Source: an uncultured Clostridia bacterium (GTDB taxonomy: Bacteria; Bacillota; Clostridia; TANB77; CAG-465). From it: a stretch of DNA of 55,790 nt. Under the pieces are notes generated by a model. That model made no database searches, was not told where the DNA came from, and saw only the letters and a program-made list of their open reading frames with translations. The stretch covers positions 1 through 55,790 of the forward strand of contig CANRQA010000003.1 of assembly GCA_947632635.1 (NCBI GenBank). The letters run 5' to 3'. The stretch's first letter is position 1; the number at the start of each line of letters is the position of its first letter. Shown piece after piece: positions 22,256 to 32,013 of this stretch. Both the position numbers and the translations under genes were made by a program.

Positions 22256-23227
22256 ATGAAAATATCAATATTAGGACTTGGAGCATATGCAATAGCATTA
22301 GCAAAAGTCTTTAATAAAAATGAAAATAAAGTAGTAATGTGGTCAAAATTTAGTGATGAGGTAGATAGTGTATTACTAAAAAGAGAAAATAATGCTGTTC
22401 TACCTGGTGTTAAGATACCAAAGGACATAAAAATTACAAAAGAATTACAAGAATGTGTAAAGGATGCAAAAATAATAGTACTTGCAGTTCCTGTAAATGC
22501 ATTAAGAGATGTAGCAAAAGAGTTAAGTAATTATCTTGAAAAAGATCAAGTACTTTGCCTTGTTTCAAAAGGAATAGAAAGTTTAAGTAATAAATTAGTA
22601 CACGAAGTAGTATATGAAGAAACAAACTCTGAACAAATCTGTTTTTTAACTGGTCCATCATTTGCAGAGGAAATAGTAGAAGATAGTGAAACTGGTTTTG
22701 TTGTAGCCTCTAAATCTCAATTTGCCAATATGTCTGTTAAAGTATGTTTAGAAAATGGAAAAATTGCTGTTAATGCAATTTATGATATAGTTGGGGCAGA
22801 AGTATGTGCTGCTACAAAAAATGTATTTGCAATTTTAATGGGAATGCTTGATACTTTAAAAAAGAGTGACTCATGTAAAGCTGCAATACTTACTTGCATG
22901 ATAAATGATTTAAGAAAAATTGTAGAAGTATTAGGAGGAAAATCACATACTGTATTTTCGTATGCGGGTATTGGTGATTTAGTACTTACTTGTATAAGTC
23001 CAAAAAGTCGAAATTACACTTTAGGTAGACATTTAGGAAGAGGTATAGGACTGGACAATGCATTAAGTAATATGAAAGTAAAAACTGTAGAGGGACTATA
23101 TACTTTGGAATCTTTGTTAAAACTATTAGATCAAAAAGAGATAACTATAAAATCTTTAAGTTTGCTATATAATGTAATATATAGAAATGAAAAAGTTGAG
23201 GATATATTAAGATATATTAAATATTAA
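22256..23227 (+). CDS. gpsA: NAD(P)H-dependent glycerol-3-phosphate dehydrogenase
   Basis: N-terminal Rossmann ILGLGAYA, GPSFAEE, KNV.AI..G motifs. Confidence 0.85.
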   Translation: MKISILGLGAYAIALAKVFNKNENKVVMWSKFSDEVDSVLLKRENNAVLPGVKIPKDIKITKELQECVKDAKIIVLAVPVNALRDVAKELSNYLEKDQVLCLVSKGIESLSNKLVHEVVYEETNSEQICFLTGPSFAEEIVEDSETGFVVASKSQFANMSVKVCLENGKIAVNAIYDIVGAEVCAATKNVFAILMGMLDTLKKSDSCKAAILTCMINDLRKIVEVLGGKSHTVFSYAGIGDLVLTCISPKSRNYTLGRHLGRGIGLDNALSNMKVKTVEGLYTLESLLKLLDQKEITIKSLSLLYNVIYRNEKVEDILRYIKY

Positions 23228-23245
23228 ATGTAAAAGGCGTGAAAA

Positions 23246-23848
23246 ATGGAAAAACATGAAATTTTAAAAAATATCAAAAAAGAAGCATTAGAAAATCATG
23301 TACCAATATTACAGGATATTTCGCTTGATTTTATACTTCTAATATTAAAACTTGCAAAACCAAATAAAATACTTGAAATAGGAACAGCGGTTGGATATTC
23401 TGCTATACAATTTTCAAAATATTTGGACGGAGAAAATCCTAAAATAAAAACAATTGAAAAAAATGAAACTATGTATAATAAAGCAGTTGAAAATATTAAG
23501 GCGATGGAGTTAGAAAATAAAATAGAGGTTATACATGACGATGCCATAAATTATTTAAAAGCATTAGATGAAAGTGATACATATGATGTAATATTTATTG
23601 ATGCTGCAAAGGGACAATATCTTGTATTTCTTGAAGAAGCTACAAGACTTGTAAAAAATAAAGGAATAATAATTGCGGATAATGTATATTTTAAAGGAAG
23701 AGTGCTTTCAGATTATAATGAACACAAATATAGAACTGCTACAAATAGATTAAGAGAATATATAAAAATTGTAAAAGAAGATAAAAGATACGATACAACA
23801 ATATTTGATATAGGGGATGGAGTATCTGTAAGTTTTGTTAATAAGTAA
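23246..23848 (+). CDS. Class I SAM-dependent O-methyltransferase (family 3, YrrM/TrmR-like)
   Basis: ILEIGTAVGYS SAM motif, IFIDAAK, typical ~200 aa length. Confidence 0.75.
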   Translation: MEKHEILKNIKKEALENHVPILQDISLDFILLILKLAKPNKILEIGTAVGYSAIQFSKYLDGENPKIKTIEKNETMYNKAVENIKAMELENKIEVIHDDAINYLKALDESDTYDVIFIDAAKGQYLVFLEEATRLVKNKGIIIADNVYFKGRVLSDYNEHKYRTATNRLREYIKIVKEDKRYDTTIFDIGDGVSVSFVNK

Positions 23849-23910
23849 ATATTGTAAGTAATATTTACTTGTGCTATAATGTAAATATATATTAAAGGAG
23901 GAGTTGTAAT

Positions 23911-24408
23911 ATGTATTGTAGAAATTGTGGAAAACAAATAGAAGGGGATAGAGAATACTGTGAAGAGTGTGAAAATGCACTTAATGCTCAAAAAAGAGAA
24001 GAAAGTGTAGAACAAACACCACAGGTTATAAATGTTAGTGAAAATCCAAATCCTATTGTTGAAAATAACCCAAGTAACAATACCAATGCAGGAAATACTA
24101 CTACAAGTACCGTTGCACAGAATACTAATGCTCAAAATGCTAATACTCAAAACGTTCAAAATACAACAGTTGTAACAAAATCTAAATCTAAAATTGCTGG
24201 AGGATTATTTGGTATATTCTTAGGTGCTTTTGGCGTACATAACTTTTATTTAGGATATACAGGAAAAGCTGTAGCACAACTTTTAATAACACTTCTTAGT
24301 TGTGGAGCTTTATCAGTAGTTTCAGCAATTTGGGGCTTTATTGAAGGAGTTTTAATATTAGCAGGTGAGATAAAAACTGATGCAGATGGAAAACCTTTGT
24401 CTGAATAA
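23911..24408 (+). CDS. Zinc-ribbon plus TM2 domain protein
   Basis: N-terminal CRNCG...CEEC ribbon, low-complexity N/T/Q linker, C-terminal GAFGVHNFYLGY TM2 motif. Confidence 0.7.
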   Translation: MYCRNCGKQIEGDREYCEECENALNAQKREESVEQTPQVINVSENPNPIVENNPSNNTNAGNTTTSTVAQNTNAQNANTQNVQNTTVVTKSKSKIAGGLFGIFLGAFGVHNFYLGYTGKAVAQLLITLLSCGALSVVSAIWGFIEGVLILAGEIKTDADGKPLSE

Positions 24409-24775
24409 AAAAAGATTAGTTAATATTACAATATTTTTGCTACTCTTTGTATTCTTTTTTGTTATAGTAATACAAAGAGTATCTTTTGGATGCCTATTAC
24501 AACGTTTATCTGGTTTGCCATGCCCTGCGTGTGGTATGACAAGAGCGTTTTACAAAATATTTAGACTTGATTTTATAGGTGCATTTAAGACAAATATTTT
24601 GTCCATTCCACTTAGTCTATTTTTAGCTTTTATGGTTATATCGTTGTTATATGATATTATTTTTAATAAAGATATTTTTGTATCTACAAGTTTAAAACTG
24701 TTTTCAAAATATTATATTGTTATAATAATTGCATTAATAATATCGTGGATATATAATATAGTTATATATATGTGA
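24380..24775 (+). CDS. DUF2752-like membrane protein
   Basis: CPACGMTRA motif after the first TM; start uncertain (overlaps the upstream gene). Confidence 0.55.
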   Translation: MQMENLCLNKKRLVNITIFLLLFVFFFVIVIQRVSFGCLLQRLSGLPCPACGMTRAFYKIFRLDFIGAFKTNILSIPLSLFLAFMVISLLYDIIFNKDIFVSTSLKLFSKYYIVIIIALIISWIYNIVIYM

Positions 24776-24780
24776 AAAAA

Positions 24781-24804
24781 GCCAGGGCACGCCTGGCTTT
24801 TTTT
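24781..24804. terminator. Bidirectional intrinsic terminator
   Basis: AAAAA-GCCAGG-GCAC-GCCTGGC-TTTTTTT between convergent genes. Confidence 0.75.
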
Positions 24805-26503
24805 ATATAAATGGAAATATCATAGATAGTAACTTTTTTATAGGATTTGTTTTTTCATAAAGTACTGGTAAATTAGACTTAGTATTAAATAAGCTATAAT
24901 TACTAGATAAATTAACTAATTTACATGAAACATCATCTTTATCTAAAGAAATTTCTAATATACTAAATTTATTTTCTTGTTCTACAACAACCAAAGTGAT
25001 TTCATCAATTTCACCAATAAACATATTTTCAATTCTAACGGTATTAAACTCATTAAACTGATTTCTTATTTTAGTAAATATCTTTTCAACTTTAGATACA
25101 TCTTTTGTAGCAGTAGGTGTATTTAGTATATATCCCATACTATCAAGTCTTATTGAAATAGTATTATCCTTTAAATTAATCATCTTTTTATTTAACTGTG
25201 TAACTTTTACAAGTTTTACAAATGTACTATCAACGTTGATAGCAACAAGAGCATTATTTTGACCAACATTTATTTGATTTAACTTTTGTACACCCATTTC
25301 TTTATATATTTTAACAAATTTATCATTTGATAAAATTTCATTAACAATGCTATATTTTATTTTTTCAGTAAGATTTGAAGAAATATTTTTATCATACTTT
25401 AGTATTTTTGAAGATATAACATCAAAAAGTTTTTCTTCGATTTCGTTATTAGGAATAACAAGTAATTTGCTTAATTCTTTTAGGTGAACAGCATATTCAA
25501 TTTCTGCATATTTATCCTCGGAATTTACAAGTATAGTAGAAAAGATATTTTGTATATCAGTTATATTTGATAAAATTTCTTCTTCTAAATTGGTTATATT
25601 TTCAGCTAAACTTGCTTCAATATTTATATCAATTTCATCATCATTTTCATTTTCTTTTGGAAACATTTGAGCAAGTGTTTTTGATATTGTTTGTTTAATT
25701 TTTTCTTGTTCTGTTTCAAGGCTAGTAACATCATTTAAAATATTCTTTTTAATTTCTATATAATTATCATCTAATAGCTTATTTAAATGCATTAATTTGT
25801 TGTAATTAGAGTATTTTCTACTTAAGTTATCAAATAAATTTAAAAATTTCTCATAATCTTTAAATTTATGTTTAGCAAAACATTTTTCAATGAATTTATT
25901 AGGTTTTTCAAATAGGTTTATATAAAAATCTTCTTCTGCAATATTTAATGAATAGCAAAACTGACTAAAAAGTTTACCCTCAAGGAAGTAAATATCATTA
26001 TCGCTTGTTATTTTTTTACCCAAGAAATCATTTTCATAAGTTCTATATGTAGGTACAATACTTAAAGTAGTAGGGAGGGTGTATAATAATCTACAAACAA
26101 GATTTGATACAACAGCACGATTTATAGCAAAGTTTTTATGTATTATTTTGTAATCAGATTTTGATAATTTACTTGTAGAGTAGCCTATACTATATGTTTC
26201 ATCAGCAATTTCAGTTGTAGTTATGATGTATATAATTCTTAAATATATTGCTTTAACATTAGTTTCATCTTTTATATATAATTCCTTTTTTACAGCGTCA
26301 TAATATCCAGTTTTATAATCTACATTTTTAGCATTACCTAAAATTACAACATCTACATTATCATATAACTTTTTCTCTAGTTCTTTTGTTTTTTTCCTAT
26401 TTATATATCCAAAGTTTTCAAGTTTTTCAAATAATGAAATTACAATTTCCATAAATTCATCACTTAAATTACATTTTTCTTTTAATTTATCTAAATAGTC
26501 CAT
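24803..26503 (-). CDS. Hypothetical protein (566 aa), no recognisable motifs
   Basis: Long uninterrupted ORF with a GGAGGA RBS; acidic, coiled-coil-like central part. Confidence 0.6.
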   Translation of the reverse strand: MDYLDKLKEKCNLSDEFMEIVISLFEKLENFGYINRKKTKELEKKLYDNVDVVILGNAKNVDYKTGYYDAVKKELYIKDETNVKAIYLRIIYIITTTEIADETYSIGYSTSKLSKSDYKIIHKNFAINRAVVSNLVCRLLYTLPTTLSIVPTYRTYENDFLGKKITSDNDIYFLEGKLFSQFCYSLNIAEEDFYINLFEKPNKFIEKCFAKHKFKDYEKFLNLFDNLSRKYSNYNKLMHLNKLLDDNYIEIKKNILNDVTSLETEQEKIKQTISKTLAQMFPKENENDDEIDINIEASLAENITNLEEEILSNITDIQNIFSTILVNSEDKYAEIEYAVHLKELSKLLVIPNNEIEEKLFDVISSKILKYDKNISSNLTEKIKYSIVNEILSNDKFVKIYKEMGVQKLNQINVGQNNALVAINVDSTFVKLVKVTQLNKKMINLKDNTISIRLDSMGYILNTPTATKDVSKVEKIFTKIRNQFNEFNTVRIENMFIGEIDEITLVVVEQENKFSILEISLDKDDVSCKLVNLSSNYSLFNTKSNLPVLYEKTNPIKKLLSMIFPFI

Positions 26504-26671
26504 TTTTTATCCTCCGTTTAAATTTTTTATTCCACATTATATTGTATAACAAACCAAAAAAATGTACAAGCAAAATTGAAAAAATTGCTTGAAAACTTTT
26601 TGACGAGTTTTGGAATAATGAAAAGATATAAAAAAATCGTTGAGTTTTAAAAGTTCAACGATTTTTAAAAA

Positions 26672-28033
26672 CTAATTATTATAATTTTCTTTTATAACTT
26701 GTTTTTCACGAGCTATTGCAAGAGCTTTTTCAGGAACATCTTTATTAATAGTAGAACCAGCTCCAATAATTGCATTTTCATTTATTGTAATAGGAGCAAG
26801 TAATACACTATTACACCCTATAAATGCACCATCTTTTATTGTAGTTCTGTTCTTTTCCCATTTTGTGTTCATATTTGCAGTTATAACGCCACAAGCTATT
26901 TCAACATTTTTACCAATGTCAGCATCACCAGTATATATTAAATGAGGTATTTTTGTATTTTCACCGACATTTACATTTTTAGTTTCTGCAAAACTTCCAA
27001 CCTTTACATTTAAGTCAAGGTTTGTTTTTGGCCTTATATGTGCAAAAGGACCAATTTTGCAATTGTCACCTATAGTACTTTCAGTAACTTTGCTTGTTTC
27101 AATTATTACATTGTTTCCAATAGTAGAAGATATAATATGCGAATTTGGACCAATAATACAATCTTCACCTATAACAGTATTACCTTGAATATGTGTACCT
27201 GGGTAGATAATAGTATCTTTTCCAATTTCAACGTTTAAACTAATATATGTATTACTTGGGTCAATTAATGTAACACCATTATTCATATGTTGTTTTCTAG
27301 TTTTATCAAGTAGGGTAGCAGTAGCAATAGAAAGTTCTTCTCTTGAATTAATACCTTGATATTCAGAAATATCAGCTATTGCATATACACCAAAATTATA
27401 TCCCATATCTTTAATGTGATATGGCACATCAGTAATATAATATTCATTTTGTGCATTATTATCGTCTAACTTTGAAAAAGAATCTTTAAGTAGTTTACCT
27501 TTAAAGCAATATACACCAATGTTAATTTCATTTATTCTTTCTTCATCTTCATTACAATCTTTTCTTTCAACAATTCTATTTAAGTTACCTTGATTATCAC
27601 GAATTATTCTACCAAGTGAGCCAGGATTATCAATTATAGCTGAAAGAACAACTCCACCATAATTACCTTGTTTGCAAAAAGATATTAATGAACTTATAGT
27701 TTGAGAGGAAATAAGTGGTTGGTCACCATTTATAACTAAAACATAATCATCATCATTAATATAATCTTTAGCTTGCATAGCAGCATGACCTGTACCAAGT
27801 TGATATTCTTGTAATAGACATTTTACATTTTTTCTTGTTTTTAAATGTTCTTCTACCATTTCGTGTTTATGTCCTACTATTACAAATATATCTTTAATTT
27901 TAGCATCTTCACAGGCATCACATACATAATCAATTATACATTTATCATATACCTTATGTAATACTTTTGGAAGTTCTGATTTCATTCTTGTACCTTTACC
28001 ACCAGCTAGTATGATAGCTTTAGTTTTTCCCAT
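26672..28033 (-). CDS. glmU: Bifunctional UDP-N-acetylglucosamine diphosphorylase / glucosamine-1-phosphate N-acetyltransferase
   Basis: ILAGGKGTRM N-terminus, LbH hexapeptide repeats in the C-terminal half. Confidence 0.95.
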   Translation of the reverse strand: MGKTKAIILAGGKGTRMKSELPKVLHKVYDKCIIDYVCDACEDAKIKDIFVIVGHKHEMVEEHLKTRKNVKCLLQEYQLGTGHAAMQAKDYINDDDYVLVINGDQPLISSQTISSLISFCKQGNYGGVVLSAIIDNPGSLGRIIRDNQGNLNRIVERKDCNEDEERINEINIGVYCFKGKLLKDSFSKLDDNNAQNEYYITDVPYHIKDMGYNFGVYAIADISEYQGINSREELSIATATLLDKTRKQHMNNGVTLIDPSNTYISLNVEIGKDTIIYPGTHIQGNTVIGEDCIIGPNSHIISSTIGNNVIIETSKVTESTIGDNCKIGPFAHIRPKTNLDLNVKVGSFAETKNVNVGENTKIPHLIYTGDADIGKNVEIACGVITANMNTKWEKNRTTIKDGAFIGCNSVLLAPITINENAIIGAGSTINKDVPEKALAIAREKQVIKENYNN

Positions 28034-28222
28034 TTTAAACCATCTCCTTTAAATTTTTTTAACATAGTTGCATTTTATAGTATTTTAACATATTTCTTAT
28101 GATAAGTAAATAATTTTTTTAAAATTATTATTAAAAGCTATTTTTTGTATTTTACTACTATTATATTAAAAAGATACGATTATTGTTATACAAAAAAAGA
28201 GCCTATAAAGGCTCTAAAAGTG

Positions 28223-29507
28223 TTACTCTGTGTCGTTATCATTTATATCATTTTCATAAACATTACTTTCATTTAAGTAAAATTCATTTTCATTTCCAAC
28301 TGGCAAGGCTTCAACATTTTTTAATTTCTTTTCAATTGTTCTAGATTTTTTAGAAGCAAGTTCCATTGTTGAAGATATTTCAAGTAATTTTTTGTTTGTT
28401 TTATCAAGTATATCACCAAATTTTGAAAATTCTGATTTTACCATTCCAAGTAAAGACCAAACTTCACTTGTACGTTTTTCAATTGCAAGAGTTCTAAATC
28501 CCATTTGCAAGCTATTTAATAGAGCGACAAATGTAGTAGGACCGAGATACAACAATTCTATATTTTTGTGATAAAAATTCACAAAGAGAAGTGTTTTTTA
28601 ATACTTCACAATACAAGCTTTCAGTAGGTAAAAACATAATACCAAAGTCTGTTGTAAATGGTGGTTCAATATATTTATCGTGTATATCTTTTGCAAATGA
28701 TTTTATTGAATTTTCAAGTTTTTTTCTTGTATCAGTTACTAATTGAACATCAGCAATTTCTTCGGCTTCAACAAGTCTTGAATAGTCTTCAATAGGAAAT
28801 TTTGAATCAACTGGTAGCCATACAAATTCATTATCATTTCTGCCCGGCAATTTTATTGCAAATTCTACTAAATCATTTGATTTTGGCTTTGTTTTTACGT
28901 TACAGTCATATTGTTCTTTAGTTAGAAACTGCTCTAATATGTTACCAAGTTGTATTTCTCCCCAATAACCTCTAGATTTAACATTAGTAAATACTTTCTT
29001 TAAATCACCAACGCCTTGTGCAAGGTTTTGCATTTCACCAAGCCCTTTATATACTGATTCTAATCTATCGTTAACAAGTTTAAATGATTCACCAAGTCTT
29101 TTTTCTAAAGTTCCTTGTAATTTTTCATCGACAGTAACACGCATTTTTTCAATTTGATCATTATTATCTTTTTGTAATAATTCAAGCCTTGTTTCAACAG
29201 TTTTTCGTATATTTTCAAGTTTTTCTTCCATATTTTTTCTTGTATTTTCAAGTTTTGTTTCATTTAGATTTATAAGATTTGTAAGTTGAAGTTGTTGTGT
29301 ATTAGTGGCATCAGATATTCTCATTCCAATATTATTTGAGAGTTCTTCACGTGTTTGTCTAAAATTATTATTAAGTTCTTGTCTTATAGAATTAAATTCT
29401 GTTAAAAATTCTTTTGAATTACTGTTCCTTTTTGATTTTAATATTAGCATTATTGCTATAATTAGTAATATTGTTATTATTACTAAAAGTATTGTAGTTA
29501 AGTTCAT
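28223..29507 (-). pseudogene. rmuC: DNA recombination protein RmuC, frameshifted (extra base at plus-strand 28544)
   Basis: ORFs 28512..29507 and 28223..28582 overlap. The minus strand reads TCT-C-GGT-CCT; removing the C gives KYRIVVSGPTTFVALLNSLQMGFRTLAIEKRTSEVW, the conserved RmuC core. Confidence 0.85.
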
Positions 29508-29584
29508 ATATATACCTCATTTCTATAAAATAATTATACCAAACAAACTTTTGTTTGTCAATTAATTAAAATAAAAAAATAAAT

Positions 29585-29653
29585 TTTAAAAAGTGTTCAG
29601 CGAAATCTTTAAAAAGTGTTCAATGAAATTGTTAAAAAATGTTCATTGGCGTA
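29585..29653. repeat. Three tandem 23-bp imperfect direct repeats (TTTAAAAAGTGTTCAnnGAAAT)
   Basis: Read directly at 29585-29607, 29608-29630 and 29631-29653, just upstream of the AAA ATPase gene. Confidence 0.8.
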
Positions 29654-29705
29654 TTGAAAATTTTAAATTAATATGATATACTGGAATAAAAAGTGGAGGA
29701 ATATT

Positions 29706-30986
29706 ATGAGTTTAACAGAAAAAGGATATAAAAAAAGATTGATTGATGATAAATTAAAAAGATATTTAAATGTTTTCGGAGCTGTTTCAATAGAAGGACC
29801 TAAATGGTGTGGGAAAACATGGACTGCTTTAAATCACTCGAATAGTGTTTCATATGTTACTGAAACATCTGTTAAAAAACTTGCTTTAATAAATCCTAAA
29901 AATATCTTTAATGAAAAAAGGCCACAACTTATTGATGAATGGCAAATTGTTCCAAGCATTTGGGACTCCGTAAGACATGAATGTGACAGAAGTCATGAAA
30001 CAGGAAAATTTATATTAACTGGCTCTACTACATTAATGAAAGAAAAACAGAGAGAAGAAATACATCATTCTGGTGCTGGAAGAATTGCAAGGCTTAAAAT
30101 GCATACAATGAGTCTTTATGAATCAGGAGATTCTACAGGTGATATATCTATAACTCAAATGTTAGAAAATATAGATATAAACAAAAATGTAGGTGAAGTA
30201 GAATTAAAAGAAATTGCAAATTTAATTATTAGAGGTGGTTGGCCAGAGAGTCTAAATATTAATAAAAAGGATTATACATTAATACCAAAAAGTTATATAG
30301 AGGCAATACTAAATATTGATATAGATAAAGAAGAAAAAATAAGAGATAAAAATAAAATTAAAATGTTGTTAAAGTCATTATCAAGAAATGAATCAACTAT
30401 AGTAAATAATAAAACTATTATAAAAGATATAGAAGAAAATGAAACGTCAGATGATATACTTTCAAGTAGAACTACTCTTATAGATTATTTAGATTTATTG
30501 GAAAGACTTTATTTAATAGAAAATCAAGAATCATATAGTTTAAATTATCGTTCACCAGAAAGAGTAGGTAAGTCTGTAAAGAGACATTTAGCAGATCCAT
30601 CTCTTGCTTGTGCTTGTTTGGGACTTAATGTTGATAAATTAATGAAAGATTTAAATACATTTGGTTTTCTTTTTGAAGCACTTGTGGAAAGAGATTTAAG
30701 AGTATATATGGAGTATTTAGATGGAAATATATATCATTTTAGGGATAATATAACTGGTTTAGAAGTAGATTCTATATTAGAATTTGAAGATGGTGAGTAT
30801 GCTGCAGTAGAAATTAAATTAGGGTATAATGAGGTGGATGAAGCAATAAAAAATTTGCAGTTATTTTATAGTAATATGGTAAAAAAGCCAAAATTTATGT
30901 GTGTTATTGTTGGTGTTTGCCAAGCAATATATAAAGATCCAAATACTGGTATATATGTTGTTCCAATTACAGCGTTAATGCCATAA
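29706..30986 (+). CDS. AAA+ ATPase with DUF4143-like C-terminal domain
   Basis: IEGPKWCGKTW Walker A, LIDEWQ Walker B, typical ~425 aa architecture; start at the ATG after GTGGAGGA. Confidence 0.75.
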   Translation: MSLTEKGYKKRLIDDKLKRYLNVFGAVSIEGPKWCGKTWTALNHSNSVSYVTETSVKKLALINPKNIFNEKRPQLIDEWQIVPSIWDSVRHECDRSHETGKFILTGSTTLMKEKQREEIHHSGAGRIARLKMHTMSLYESGDSTGDISITQMLENIDINKNVGEVELKEIANLIIRGGWPESLNINKKDYTLIPKSYIEAILNIDIDKEEKIRDKNKIKMLLKSLSRNESTIVNNKTIIKDIEENETSDDILSSRTTLIDYLDLLERLYLIENQESYSLNYRSPERVGKSVKRHLADPSLACACLGLNVDKLMKDLNTFGFLFEALVERDLRVYMEYLDGNIYHFRDNITGLEVDSILEFEDGEYAAVEIKLGYNEVDEAIKNLQLFYSNMVKKPKFMCVIVGVCQAIYKDPNTGIYVVPITALMP

Positions 30987-31020
30987 TAAATTGTAAAGTA
31001 CAAATTAAGATTTTAATATT

Positions 31021-31095
31021 AAGTTTGAACTTTATTTTTTATGATAGCCATAACAATTTCCTTATTAAATGAATAAATATTTGAAAGATGGGCTA
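31021..31095 (-). pseudogene. Relic of an M14 peptidase gene 3' end
   Basis: The minus strand translates to HLSNIYSFNKEIVMAIIKNKVQT, compared with PLSNIDTFNKEIIANKKAVIHTIENII at the C-terminus of the intact gene 35471..36619. Confidence 0.5.
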
Positions 31096-31151
31096 TAAAG
31101 AATTTTTTATTAATATGTAAAAAAATATTGAGTTGTAGTAAATGTTTAAAT

Positions 31152-31188
31152 ATTTTTTATTTTATTTTATTTTATTTTATTTTATTTG
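31152..31188. repeat. (ATTTT)n pentanucleotide microsatellite
   Basis: About 6 units, same unit as at 13855; ~45 nt upstream of the -35 of the first CC-protein promoter. Confidence 0.9.
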
Positions 31189-31231
31189 AATTATAAAAAA
31201 ACATTTTTTACAAAAAAATCGCAAGATGTAC

Positions 31232-31260
31232 TTGACATAAAACTTAAAAAGTGATATAAT
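31232..31260 (+). promoter_or_regulatory. Consensus sigma-A promoter of CC-protein gene 1
   Basis: TTGACA-17 nt-TATAAT with TGn extension; near-identical copy at 34940-34968. Confidence 0.7.
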
Positions 31261-31314
31261 AACATTAGGTTGAATATAAACTTTAAAAATAATTTTTTTG
31301 AAAGGGGAAAAAAC

Positions 31315-31968
31315 ATGTTTGGATTTAACGTCAAGGAAAATGTTCGGGAGGCAGTTTCAAAATTGGAAAAAAGCAATAATGAGCAAAAAGAAAGATTGAG
31401 ACAATTGAGACTTTTGATGAAAGGAAAAGATGTGACACCTTGCATTGTGCCAAAAGTGGTGATATCGTCGTTGCTATCGCGCGATGAAGTGTTAGCTCTC
31501 GCTGCAGAAGAGAAGAAGGAACTTACATCGGTGGAAATAAAAGAAAATCTTAAAAATGGCGTATATCTGCTGTATGAAGATGATATTATTTCTACACCGA
31601 TATATTATAAGCCGATATCTTATAAAAAGAAAGAAAAGTGGGTGCCGGCAGGCTTCGAAGTTGCATTTCCACATATTCAGTATATTATAAGAAATGGAGA
31701 TGAAAAAACCAAGAGATATATGATTTCAACTGTTGAGAATAACGATTTTGGTCATGTATTTGGCGGGACAATTGGAGGCCGGAAGGTTCTCATTTTCGCT
31801 GATGCAGGAGACTTTACCGGTACGGAAATGTCCCAAAAAGTTGAAATCTATACCAACGAAAAGGAGGAGAAAATATATGGCTCGGGTAACGGCCGGGTAT
31901 ATAAAAAGTGCACTCCCCTTACGGACGAATTTAGAGGTTGGTATCTGTTAGAGGATATCTGCTGCTAA
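31315..31968 (+). CDS. Small protein ending ...GWYLLEDICC (CC-tail paralog 1, 217 aa), unknown family
   Basis: ATG after GGGGAAAAAAC. The C-terminal ~50 aa are conserved with 35024..35425, and third-position synonymous differences support coding. Visibly GC-rich with rare codons, including three in-frame CGG (31345, 31780, 31894). Confidence 0.75.
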   Translation: MFGFNVKENVREAVSKLEKSNNEQKERLRQLRLLMKGKDVTPCIVPKVVISSLLSRDEVLALAAEEKKELTSVEIKENLKNGVYLLYEDDIISTPIYYKPISYKKKEKWVPAGFEVAFPHIQYIIRNGDEKTKRYMISTVENNDFGHVFGGTIGGRKVLIFADAGDFTGTEMSQKVEIYTNEKEEKIYGSGNGRVYKKCTPLTDEFRGWYLLEDICC

Positions 31969-31976
31969 AGAAAAAA

Positions 31977-32013
31977 AGGACTTGTAACTTTTAATTAAGT
32001 TGCAAGCCCTTTT
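31977..32013. terminator. Intrinsic terminator of CC cassette 1 (identical copy at 35434)
   Basis: GGACTTGTAACTT-ttaatt-AAGTTGCAAGCCC plus T-run, preceded by an A-run (bidirectional); its descending arm encodes the last codons of the LysR gene. Confidence 0.8.

Noticed and set aside
31733-31951. 72-aa ORF in an alternative frame of CC gene 1, and the minus-strand ORFs 31191..31445 and 31492..31674
   Set aside because: The frame ending in ...DICC is the one conserved with the paralog at 35024. The others exist only because the region is GC-richer and therefore poor in stop codons.
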